A DNA stretch of 64,000 nucleotides from Lama glama (taxonomy: Eukaryota), in NCBI GenBank assembly GCA_028534125.1, contig CM052842.1:1612001-1676000 (forward strand), given 5' to 3'. A model generated the notes under the pieces. That model was not told the DNA's origin, did not search any database, and saw nothing but the letters and a program-made list of their open reading frames with translations. The translations under genes and the position numbers were made by a program. Positions 1 through 11,400 of this stretch are shown piece by piece. Every line of letters begins with the position of its first letter. Positions within the stretch are counted from its first letter, which is position 1.

Positions 1-589
1 CGGTGCTCCTCCTGGTGGAGGAGGGTGATGTGATGGTGCGGCTGGGCACTCAGGCGGTGGCACCTTCCAGAAGGCCCACCTCATCAGCCCGTCCAGCCCC
101 GCGTCTCCCTGCTCCCCCTGCACAGGGCTTCCCCCGCGCTGTGCCTGGTCTTACCGCACCAGGCGGCTCCCGTAGTGAGTGCAGGTCTGCCTTCACCCTG
201 GAGAGTGAGGGTCTGTGGGGCGGAGCCTCCTGCTCCAGAGGGAGAAAGCGCTCTGGGTGTGGGGTCATAGAGGGTGTGCCCTTAGGACCGAGTTTTCTGT
301 CTGTGTCTGCCCCCTTTCCCTGTGACCAGTTGGCTCAGCAGTGCCCTCAGCCAGCCTGTCCTTGGGACACGCAGGTAGGTGGGTTCCCCCTGCCCGTGGC
401 TTCCTGCGAAGGGGTGGGGAGAGGCCTGGGGCTCCTGCTGTCTCACTGGATGCCCTTGGCCATCCTTCCCTCACTGGCCTCCCTAGGGAGAGCTGGGCTG
501 TGACACCAGGCACGGCTCGAGCTCCAGTCTGTTGCCGCGGCTGCTCTGACCGGGCCACGGCCACGTGCAGCAGGGCCAGTGCAGGCTCT

Positions 590-730
590 GGCTGGAGGTC
601 TAGCTGGGTCTGGATCCCACCTTGGCCTCTGACCAGCTGGGCTTCCTGGGCAAGTTGCTGACCTCTCTGGGCCTCATTTCCTCGTCTATGAACTGTGGCA
701 GCCAAGGTTCCTTCCCTGCAGTTAAATGAA
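590..730 (+). mobile_element. MIR SINE fragment
   Basis: GGGCAAGTTGCTGACCTCTCTGGGCCTCATTTCCTCGTCTATGAA resembles the MIR core as recalled. Boundaries approximate. Confidence 0.7.
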
Positions 731-1505
731 GTGACGGCTGCAGGCTCGCAGTCCGAGGCCTGCTAGGCCACGTTCTCCTGGGAAAGCTGGGCAGTCTGGC
801 GAGGTGAGGCGGCCCCCCTCCTGACTGGGCGTGCCAGGAGGGGGCCCAGCTCCCTCTTTGGGCCAGGATCCTCTGCCCCTACACCCCAGGCAGTCTCAGG
901 GTCTGATGGGAGCCTGACTCCTGGCTGTGGGCAGCTGTGCAGATGGGCCGCCCCCGCCTCATGACTCAGGCACAGTCCTCCTGCCACCGTGCTGGGAGAG
1001 GGCCTGGCGGACCCGGGCAGGCAGGCAGCAGGGCAGTGGGCAGAGCCAGGCCCTGAAGCCTGGCCTCCCCTGGAGGAGGGAGGGTCAGAGTGGGGCGGTG
1101 TGGCAGGTGAGGGGGGCGTGCATTTCATGGCCGGGGTCCACCGCCCTGTGGTGCTGCCAGCGATCCCTGCTTCTCTGTGGCCATTCTGGGCGTCGTTCTC
1201 AGGGTGCCTGGGGTGCCTGGCTGGTGCTCTGTTTGACGTGGAGTCCAAGTTGCTGTAGCAACACTACTAACGTGTGAACACGTGTCAGGGCAGCCCCCAC
1301 CCCTCCTCTGCCTCTGCGCACACACAGGCACACGTGGGGCCCTGATCTGGCTGGGGTGTACGTGTAGGGGTGGTGGCCCGAGCCGGGCTCTGTGCTTCGG
1401 GGTCCTGTCTAGACACGCTTCAGAGAGGTGAGGGCGGCTGCCCAGGTCATCCTCTGTGGGGACTTGCCCACAGCCCTCTGCTGACTCTCCCACCGGAGGA
1501 ACCAC

Positions 1506-1506
<1 letters not shown>

Positions 1507-1547
<41 letters not shown>
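1507..1547. repeat. (GT)20 dinucleotide microsatellite
   Basis: Perfect GT run seen directly. Confidence 0.98.
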
Positions 1548-1549
<2 letters not shown>

Positions 1550-2569
1550 GGTGGGAAGGGAAGGGCATTCACAGGTTTTGAGGCTTTTTCTCCCTCTCTT
1601 CAAAGAAAAGCTTTTACTTTGTCTCACTTTCCAAAAAGTAGTACCCACCCCTGGTAGGAGATGTAGACCAGATAAGCAAAGCGAAGGTTTAAAAATCAGC
1701 AGCTTCCCTCTTGGAGGGTAAGCACTGGGGCTTTCCAGGCCGGGACTCTTTCCAGCTTCTGTTATTCTGCATGTTTTATGGAGTTGCGACCTCACCATGT
1801 AACTGTTAGTGGACTTGCTTTTTTCACTTGAGGGAGGCAAGGCCATCTGCTGGGTGGGCAGTGGGAGTGGGGAGAGGTGCTGATGGGGAGGGGGCTAGCT
1901 GGGAGCCGACAGTCTGCTTGGGGAGCCCTCTGAAGCTGCTGGCCATGCCCAAGGCGGTCAGCCCGGGCCTGGGTGGGGCTGGCTGGGGGATAGGCGGGGG
2001 TGAGTGTCCCGGCTCGGCCCCCACTGCTGTGTGGCCGTGTGCTCCTGTGTCAGGTGGGAGCTGTGCAGGAGGAGTCGGGGGTCAGCCTTGGTTCTCCCTG
2101 GGCCAGGTTGTGGCTGGTTAGGGATGAAGTCTCCCCAGTGGACTGGATGGGTCTCTTCGCCTCCTCTACCAGGCAACAGAAACTAACAAGATGACCTTAA
2201 ACCAAATGGGGCGTGCCTGTATGCAGAGGCTGGCCGGGTGGGGGTGGGAGAGGAGCAGGACCCGGGTGAGCTGGTCATTCCTGGCCCTTTGCTCTGCAGG
2301 CACGGGGTTGCCACCTGGCAGCTCCTGGGGCCCCAGGCGGCCCGTGTGCAGCAGTGGAGGTGCTGTGGGTTGTCAGCCAGGAGACCTGAGTGCTTGCTGT
2401 GCCCCCTTTCCAGTGCTGGGGCACAGAGGTGACGGAGGCGACATGCACAGCTGGCCTGGTGGAGTGCCACCTACTGGCCTGCATGTCCCCCCACCAAATC
2501 CATGCTGTCACTGATGCACCAGCAGCCTCCTCTGACCCACCACCAGCCCCAGTGCCTTGAGCAGTTTCG

Positions 2570-2900
2570 TAACTGCTGAGATATAACTCACAAACATCCA
2601 GCTCACCACTTCCAGAGCACAATTTAGTGGTTTTTTGTACATTCACAACGTTCTGCAACCATCACCATCATCTAATTCCAGAGTGTTTTCACACCCAAGA
2701 GGAACGCCGCACCCATGGCGATCGCTCCCCGTTCCCACCTCTGATCGGCTGGCAGCGCCCGGTCCCCGTCCCATCTCCGTGGGTTTGTCTGCTCTGGACG
2801 TCTTGTGTTTGGGATCCGCCCCACGTGCTGCTCCGTGGGGCTCGTTGCCTCCACACGTCTCTCAGGGTCCTCGTGCTGCGCTTCCTCCCAGCCTTATCTG
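2570..2900 (-). mobile_element. L1M (L1MB-like) 3' end fragment
   Basis: GAGATATAACTCACA...CAATTTAGTGGTTTTTTGTACATTCACAACGTTCTGCAACCATCACCATCATCTAATTCCAGA resembles an antisense old-L1 3' end. Related text occurs at about 5590-5900 and 28075-28400. Confidence 0.75.
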
Positions 2901-5584
2901 CTCCTGTGCAGTGGGACTGGGATGTGCACCCGCAGGTCCCTCCTGCGCCTTTGTGCGGCCTGAGCTCCATGAGTGCTGCCTGTTCGGGGCTTTGCGTCAC
3001 ACAGCGCTCTGTTTGGCCTCTTGTGTTTGACGTGAGGGTTCTGCGAGCCCGGTGTGTGTCACCTGTGTCCCCGCTGGACGGAGGGACGCCAGCAGGTCCC
3101 TTCTCCTGTTGGTGTGTGTCTGGGCTATTTTCAGGCTGGGTGACGATGACCAGGTACCCTGCAGTGGGGTGACCGGGGCAAGGGTGGACGGGTCTCTGTA
3201 AGGAACTACTGAGCAGCTCTGCTGAGTGGCGCTTCCTCTGTCCCCAGGGCTGGGACACGTGCTCCTTAGGGTCGTTGTGTGTCATGTTTTGCTGGAGTCA
3301 CTTTTCACCTTACTGTCCAGTCTGAGCACTTCCCTCCACGACTGAATGTATCCTTTTAACCTTGTTCAAGGTCACTGCATCATAGTCTATTTAGATATAC
3401 CAAGGGTGATGTATTTGACTCTTTATTGCTGGCTATTTTGGTTGTCTCTAGCCTTTTGTTTTCTGCTTCGTAATGTTTCTGGCTTCTGAGTACTCCCTGT
3501 CTGATTCCTTGGAACCTAACTCTTGGGGTCAGGTGCCTGCTGCCGGTCATTTGCAGGGGCTGGTGCTGCTCTGAGCCCCGAGGAGTGGGTGTCAGGCCCA
3601 TGCCAGTTGCCCTGCCTCTGCGCTCCCCCCGGGGCACCAGCTCCGGTCCTTCTGCAGGTGGACCCCGGGCACAGGGGGCGCGCTCTCGGGTGGGGGACCA
3701 CTCCTGCATGGCTCTGGAGGCGGAGCTCCTGAATTTTGACGTTGTCTTTCTACTCAGCCTGTCGCCTCCCTGGGGGCAGGGGCCAGGAGCGCTCCGTGTT
3801 TGGGCACCTGCCCAGGTGCTGGGTCCCCGCAGGTTCTGTCCTACGTGGTTTGTCTCGCTGAGCAGTCTGATGGGGCTGAGCCTTGGGGAACCTTCCCAGG
3901 GGACCCCTCCCTCCGCCGCAGGCCTCTCCCTGCCTCACCAGTTCCTGTCTCGGTGCCTTGCCCCCACTCCAAACTGTTTTCATTTGCGAGATCCCTCCAG
4001 GGGCCTGTAATTCATGGTTTTCACACTTGTAAAGTGATGTGCTTGGAAGCCAAGTCCCCAGTGAATGACCTTCAGTCTTCGGTTTCCCTGAGTTTTATAA
4101 CTAACATCTCATGGAGGCCTCCTCCTTCGCACGTCAGTAGGGGCCGGATGGCCGTTTCGTTTTGCTTCCCCCTCCCAGGGCTGTGTTCCTCTGCCCGTGT
4201 GCGGAGTCCTCCCTCCTTTCCCGCCTGCGTCGCGGCCTCCCCCCGTCCCTGGCCGGAGAGTGCAGTCGCCACTGTGCTGACAGCCGTGGGCTCCGCCTGG
4301 GTTCTCCATCTCTGGAGCCGGCGGGTCCCTGGGCTAGTCCTCTGCGTCGTCCGTCGGCTCTGTCCAGCCTGCTGCCGGGAGCCGGGCCCTGGGGCAGATC
4401 CCGGCGTGGTCGGTCGGTGGGGTCATGTCACAGAGAACCAGGATCAGGGCTCCTCGGCTGTGTGGTGGTCTCAGGGACTCCTACTCTTGGGTTTCCCCAT
4501 CTCTCACCAACCCAGGCTCCTGCGGTGCTTAGGGCAGGTCCTGGGGACTGTGGCCGAGGGACAGTGCAGACTGGAGCCCTGAGACCAGCCCTGCACCTCC
4601 TTCCCGGAGGATGGCAGTACCAAATTGTCTTCCGCGCCTGTCCTGGATTCTTGGGCGAGTTGGGGGCGGGGTGTTGGGGGAGAGTCACATTGTCTCTGCC
4701 TCCCTCGTGGACGGGGTGTGTGCCCTGTCTCCCATCTGTGTGGGCTCCCAGGGCCTGTAAGACCGTCCAGCTGTCCTTTGAAGGTGCCTGTGCCTGGCCT
4801 GAGCCTGCTCCCGGGGCCCTGGGCCTACACCCTGAGGCTCCTTCGAAGACCAGGTGGTTTTCTCCCCCAGGGAGTTGTGCTCAGCTCCAAGCCTGGCCCT
4901 CGCACCTCCTGCCTGGTCCTGGGGGCCTGCCTGCACCCCTTTTCTCTGGGAGGAAGTCACACAGACACATCCCAGGCAGCTCAGGATCTCAGCAGACGGG
5001 TGTGGGAAGGGAGCGCTGGGGAGATGCCGGGGTCAGGATGGGGAGGCGGCCCTGGAGGAGCAGAGGAAGCTTTTGGAAGGGGCCGCGTGGCCTTTGGGAG
5101 CATGTGTGCCTGTGGCCTGTTGGCGGTGGGACAGGAGCCCTCGTGCGGGCCGTTTACTCCCCCGCGCCCATCGGGCCCCGCTCACAGAGGAGGGGACCCA
5201 GGGGGGAGTTTAGATGAGGTGATGGTCACATGTCTCTCCTTTTATAGCATTTAACTTTGAGCCCTACTTAGGAGACTGTCTCCACAGTCAGGTCAGAGGG
5301 GAGCTCTCCTTTCTTCAGGTCTGTTTGTCTTACCTTCTACTCGCAGGGCCCTGGTCTCTTTGGCACATGCTCTTTTTATTATGTTAGGCGTGAATCACTT
5401 TCTTTTCCCACGGGGCTAACCAGACGTCCCAGCTCCGTTTGTTAAAAAGCCCTTCGATTTGAGATGCTGCGTTAATTCCACCCTAACTGCCCCCCTGTCT
5501 GTGGGTCCAGTTTTAGACTTACTCCCCGAGTCCCTTGGTTTGTTTGTGTTTTCCTATGTGGTTCTAATTATAGAGACTTCAGCA

Positions 5585-5910
5585 TTTGTTGGAGACAGAA
5601 CCCCCTGCCCTAAGGCTCACCCTCTCAAGGGCCCAGTTCAGTGGTCTGCTGTATCTTCACGGAGCTGTTCGTTCGTCTCCGCTGTCAAGCGCAGGACATT
5701 TTCATCACCCTAGAGGAAAGCCCATACCCGTTGGCATCCCCTCCCCTGGCCTCTGGCAGCCACCTGTCTGCAGTGTGTTTCCGTGGATCTGCTGTTCTGG
5801 ATGTTTCACACACGTGGGATCGTTCACGTGTGGCCTCTTTGTGTGTCTCTGGCCAGCGTGACGTCTTCAGGACCATCCGTGTTGTGGTGGTGTCAGCACT
5901 TCTTTCCCTG
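5585..5910 (-). mobile_element. L1M 3' end fragment, GC-shifted
   Basis: CAGTTCAGTGGTCTGCTGTATCTTCACGGAGCTGT...GGACATTTTCATCACCCTAGAGGAAAGCCCATACCCGTTGGC aligns by eye with the 2570 and 28075 copies. Confidence 0.65.
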
Positions 5911-6212
5911 GGACTGTTAAGTCCCACACAGTAGCCGACCTTTTTACTTGCTTGTTTGGTGTTTTCCCGTGTCAACCCCTTCGGCCTGTCCGGCTCTGTA
6001 AAGGCCTTGTGGGTATTGTTATTGGGGTGGGAGAACGGATCTCCTTGTGAAATAGGCTCGTCCTAGCCCAGGACACAGTTGGCTGTCCGTGCAGCCAGCT
6101 CTGCCTTCTGTCTTGTTTTAGTTTCTTTTCAGAGATTTTTCCCATTTCATGTTAACTTTTTTCGTGGACGCGTTGCCTTTTTTTTGTTTTCTTTCTAATG
6201 ATTTTTTAAAAC

Positions 6213-6300
6213 TTTTTTTTTTATGGGGATACGGGGGATTGCACCCAGGTCCTGGTGCATGCTGAGCACGAGCTCTGCCCCTGAGCTCCACCTCCCGCCC
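6213..6300 (-). mobile_element. tRNA-derived SINE (camelid type) with poly(A) tail
   Basis: Reverse complement GGGCGGGAGGTGGAGCTCAGGGGCAGAGCTCGTGCTCAGCATGCACCAGGACCTGGGTGCAATCCCCCGTATCCCCAT-A(n): decayed A and B boxes followed by an A tail. Confidence 0.8.
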
Positions 6301-6599
6301 ACGTGTCATCTCCTGTGTTGCTCAGGTAACCGGCAGTTCCCTTACTGTCTGCCCTCCAACCGGGCGTGTGCATGGAAGGCATTTGCTTTCTGCATGAGAA
6401 TTCTATACCCTGCTGCTTTGCCAAAGCCTTTGCCTCTTGGCATTTTAACATCATCTCTAGGGTTCTCCAAGTGCACCGTCCTGGCCCTGGCCCTGGCCTG
6501 AGCACCCATCCCGGCTCCCTTTCCCGGGTCTCTGGGTCTCGCCTGTTGACCTGTTGGCGACCCGCCTCCAGAGCTTGCTGGGCGGTGCTGGGCGGTGCT

Positions 6600-7750
6600 G
6601 GGCATCTCTGCCCCTCCCTGGTCTCCGGGAACTGCCTCCAGGGCTTTCCCTTTAAAGAGATGCTTACTTTAGGATAAAGGGGGATTTGCTTTTCCATTTT
6701 AAGAAAGATTCTTGAGTGTTTTCACCGGGAATTTGGTTGATGCTATTTTTAGCATCTACGGAGAGACTCACAGCCTTTCCCTCCCGTCAGTGAACACGGT
6801 ATATGTTACGTCAGTGGGGTTCCTAATGGTGAACATGCCGCGCATGCCTGGAAGAATGAACAAATCGGGTTTGATGTTTGTTTTTTAGTCTTTTATTTGG
6901 CATTTTGGCATCCGTATTCATAGCCAGTATCGGTTTGTAACTTCCTCTTTTTTTGGACTGTGTTTATCAGGTTTCCTTATCAGTGTTACACGTGCTTCAT
7001 TAAACAATCAGCAGGTTTTCCTTTATCATCAACACTCTGGAATAATTTATGGAGCAGGGGAAGTATTTGGCTTTGGAAATATGGCAGAATTCCCCTGCAA
7101 AACCATCTGGTCCTGGTGTTTCTGTGGGGTAGTTTTGATGATAACTGTTTCTGTTTCTTTTGTCCAGATTTGTCTGTTAAAGCCTTCTGTCTCCAGTGGG
7201 TCTCTGTTGCTGAACCTCCCTTTCCCAAGACACGACCCATTTCACCCCGTTTTACACATCTGCACACTTCACGGAGACTGGGGAGCAGAGACCTAAGAGC
7301 TCCCTGACTCTCTGTCCCAGCGGTTTGTCTCCCGTCCATTCCCTGTGCTGTGTGTTTGTGTCTCCTCCCTCTGTCGTGTCTGCGTTGGCTGGCTGTCTGT
7401 CTGGTTAGCGCTGTTTAGAAAACAGGATTTTGATTTATTAATTAGGTCCGTGGTTTTCCTGTTTCCTACCCCATTCATATCGTTAGCTTTTATTTATAGT
7501 GTTTCCTTCTTTGTGGCTACATCTGACTAGCTTTCTTTGCTCTTTTCCAACCTTTATAGCTAAGAATGAAGTCCCTTTGTTTCCCTTTTTTTCAGGACAT
7601 GTGAAGTTTGCGATTTTTCTTCTGATCACTGCTTTCAGTGCAGCCTGCTGATTTTCACACATAGTGTTTTCACTGTTTTTTGTTTTAGAAATTTCTTCAT
7701 TTTAGCTTGTGTTTCCCTTTTGTCTCCAAGAGCTGCTTAATGGATCGCTG
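6600..7750 (-). mobile_element. Degenerate L1 ORF2 fragment
   Basis: Minus-strand translations ILPLLHKLFQSVDDKG and NKSKSCFLNSANQTD echo the L1 ORF2 segments PILHKLFQKIEEEG and NETKSWFFEKINKID. T-rich + strand. Confidence 0.75.
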
Positions 7751-10700
7751 TTGAGCTGGGAGGAGCGTCCTGGTTTCAGGAGATGTTTGAAGCACACGCC
7801 CCCGTGCCTGCCAGGCCCCCAGGTCCCTGTCCGTGCAGCTTGGCCACCTTGGTGCCCCACCCACGAGCTCGGTGCCCTGCACTCACTTATGTTTTCTTTA
7901 CTTCCTTTTATGAATTTTTTTTAGTTTTCAGTATACAGATCTTGCACCTTTCTTAAATTTATTCCTAGGATTAAAAAAAAAATCTCTAGTGAATTTTTAC
8001 TTTGAACTTGAAACTTCTGGACGTAGTAATTCTAGATTTAAGAAAAGTGACCAGATTAACAGAAAGCCTTCCTGCCCCCAGGCTCGCACGTGTTGCCCTG
8101 TCCCCGTGTCTCCTCCACGCCCTGCTGCGTGTGCGTGTGCACATGGCTTGTGCTTCTGAACCGCTCCCCGAGGTGCACACGTGATGCTCCTCAGTCCCCA
8201 AAGGCATAATCTCCTGCGTCACCGCCGTGCGCTGTCAGAGTCAGGCCACTGCACTGACACAGCAGCCTGAGGCTGTCACCCCCGTGCATGGGGCAGGCCT
8301 TGGGGGAGATCCCAGTAGCACACATCTCAGCAAAATGCAGTCCCTGGTCATGGGTTGGTTTTGGGGATGACGTCTCTTTGGCCTCCTTCAACCTGGACGG
8401 TTAGCTCCTCAGACTGTCTTTGTTCCCTGCAACTTTGCGATGGTGAAGGTTGCCGTGGAGCTGTCTTGCGGGCGGTGCCTCCGCGCCGTCGTTCTTGGCA
8501 GGTGGACCGGGAGGTGCGTCCCCGCAGCACGCAGGCGGCGTTTGCTCCAAGGCTCGCGGGCGACGCCGGTTCTTTGCTTCAGCTGACGGCTGCTAGGTTT
8601 CTCCTCTGTGAACTTGTTGTGTTTCCATTTCCAATTAGGAAGGTTCCTGGGGAAGGTACTTTGAGACTGTGTGTCACTCACTGGACTTTGGCCACGAGCT
8701 CTGCTGCTCGTGGACGTCCTCGAGTCGGTCACCACGGCGCTGGGCTGACTCCAGCGCTCCGCCCCGGTACGGGTGTCTGCTCTAGGGAGGGGCTGTTCCC
8801 TCTTCCCCTGGTTTATTTGTTTATAACAGTGTGGATTTTTATTTTACTTCTTTATGGTAAGGCTATAATAAATAAAAGTTGTGATCCTTTATTACCGTTC
8901 TCAACTTTCATACTCAGAATTGTCCCTGATTGGGCCAGTGGAAGCCTCTCAGGCTGGTTCTTGTGACCTCTAGAGATGGCCCCGCCTTCCTTTGAGTACT
9001 TCCTTACACTTATGTAGAATGCTCTAGGCTTATCTTTTACGTTCTCAGCTGCAGTCCTGGAATCAACCACCTCTCCAAGCAGTCTTACTTCTGTTGTGAG
9101 AAGAGCGGTATTTCGTGACCCAGGTCTGTGTGCCGGGCTCATGGCTCTAGGGTGACTTACCGGCTTAGACAAACCTGGGAAGCAGATGGATGTCACAGTC
9201 ACACGCAGCTGTGCGAGTGAGTGACCTGTGTGTGCTTCCTTCTACCCACATGCATCTGCACCGTCTGTGCGTGCTAGAAACTGATTCCCACGATGCCTGC
9301 CAGCTCCGGTTGAGTGGGCCGCCTGGGAGTGCTGGCGGGGCACTGTGGGGGCGGGGGGCCCACGACCCTCTTCCTCTGCAGCTGTGGTCTTGGTGTGAGG
9401 ATGGGGGAGGCGGGCCGAGGGGGTTAGCAGCCTTGTCCGTGACCCCGTCTTTCTCTGTGACTTTGGATGAGTCAGGTTCCCTCCCTGAGCTCAGTTAATT
9501 GGGGTTTGAGCTGGATCAGGGGATATCTGGTGCAGATGCCTCCACCCCCTCCCCTGGACCCATGGTAGACACCCGGCATCCTCCAAGGCCCCCAGGACCC
9601 CTAAAAGGTCCCAGACATCTTCTCTACAGGACACTCGGGTCATGGCGCCAGGTGCGACCAGACCCAGGGCCAGTGTGCCGAGCATCCTGGTTTCCAGTGA
9701 TGTCCTGGCCTTCATCCGGGGTCTCCAAGCTGGTTTGGCTTCCATAGTGCCCCCATCTGAAGCCACGTAGGTGGACCCATGTGTGGTGGTCAGTGGAGGG
9801 AGGTGCAGGTCAAGCTTGGGGTTTGACTCGTGCTGCCCGCCGGGCCCTCGGGTGGGCAGCAGCCCGGGCTGCTCAGCATCCCCCTGGAGCATTGTGGGTG
9901 GGACTGGGCACCGCTGATGCCTCCCACCTCGCCCGCCCTGGGGCAGTGCTGTGGTCTCTAAGCAGCGCAGCCCAGGGCCTCCTGCCTCCCCGGAGCCACG
10001 GGGCTGGGCCCAGGGTGGAGCAGAGTGCAGAGCAGAGTTGAGGCGGGCCTCCCCCAGCAGGTCTCCTGGCGGGTGGGCGTGGGGCCAGGTGAGCGGAGGG
10101 CGGCCACGGCAGGAGGACTTGGCTGGCTTTCCCTCTGCCCTGCCTGGCAGATCCCCTTCCTGCTCCGCCCCGCCTCCTTCAGGGAGCCTCCCCGTCACCC
10201 CTGCATCCCGCACACAGAGCGGGTGTGGAGGAGTGCCCGTGCGAGGCCTGCTGGCCGCTCCCTGTGTCTGGCACCTTTCTGGTTGGGGTCCGGGGCAGGT
10301 GTTTAGGCACAGACCCCAGAGTCCCGTTGTCCCCGACCCTCTGCTTGCTCTGGCCCAGTGGGGCAGAGAGAGGACGGGGAGGGCAGAGAGTTCCCGAGCA
10401 GAAGGACGGCATCCCTGGAGTCAGGGCCAGCGGACCTGGAATCTCAGCCCCGCAGCCTGGCCCTCCGCCTCTTTCCTGGCCTGGCAGTGTGGCCAGAGGA
10501 AGGCTCGCTGCGTGTCTGGGAGGGCTGGGCTGTGGCGGCAGGTGGGCTGCAGCCACCACACCCGCCTGGCCCCATGTTACCTGGAGAGCTGGGTTCACTA
10601 GGGTTGTGGTTGTGTGGGGGCAGAGGAGGAAGGGCACGGGAGGGGTGGCAGGGGTGAGTCCTGGGGTTGGCACGGGGCATGGAGAGGAAAGGGGATAGAG

Positions 10701-11334
10701 TGGGCTGAAGGACAGTGACCTGGGGTTGGGGATGGGAGGGGGAGTGGCCGGATCTCGGGCCGCTGGGATGAGGTCCCAGGGCTGTCGGTAGTGACGAGGT
10801 CTGGGTGTGACTGAGGGAGGGGTGCAGATGGGAAACACGGAGCTCTGGAGGAGGGGAGTCCCCGAGTGGGTGTGTCAGTTCCCCTGCCTGGGGCCTGGTG
10901 TGGTCCCCCAGTGTGGGGTGTGTCCTTGCGTGTTGAGCACCGTCAACACCCGTCCAGTGCTGAGGCCCTTCATGGGAAGCGAAGGCCCTGGGAGGCCAGA
11001 GGTCCTGCCGCAGGGGCTGCACGTGGCAGGTGTGCTGTCGCCCTCGGCCTCCTCTTTCCGTGCCCTCCTCCTGAGTCTCCCAGGGTCCTGGTCAGCTCAG
11101 GCCTTCAGGAGGCTGAGGCGGAGATCTGGCCCTGCTCCCTCTTCTCTGGCCCATGAGGCTCTGTCCCTCTGGCCTCCAGCCCTGGGCCTTCACTCTGCGG
11201 GGCAGTGCTGCTCAGCGCCGCTGCTGTCCAGCGTTGCACGTGTCCCCGCGCCACTGAGGGGCAGAGGCTCACAGAACGAGCTGCAGACGGTCACTGATGG
11301 GTGCCTTACTCTGATCTGCTCAGGGCGGGCTTGC

Positions 11335-11400
11335 TGCCCCCTTTTACAGGTGAGAAAACTGAGGACTAGGGGTGTGAAGTGCCTTGTGCAGACCCTACCT
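11335..11400 (-). mobile_element. MIR fragment
   Basis: CCCCTTTTACAGGTGAGAAAACTGAGG matches the antisense MIR core. Similar fragments lie near 14070-14210, 44420-44500 and 50370-50460. Confidence 0.7.

Noticed and set aside
6213-6300. tRNA-like sequences here and at 18763-18878 as tRNA genes
   Set aside because: Poly(A) tails, degenerate A and B boxes and no intact cloverleaf indicate SINEs.
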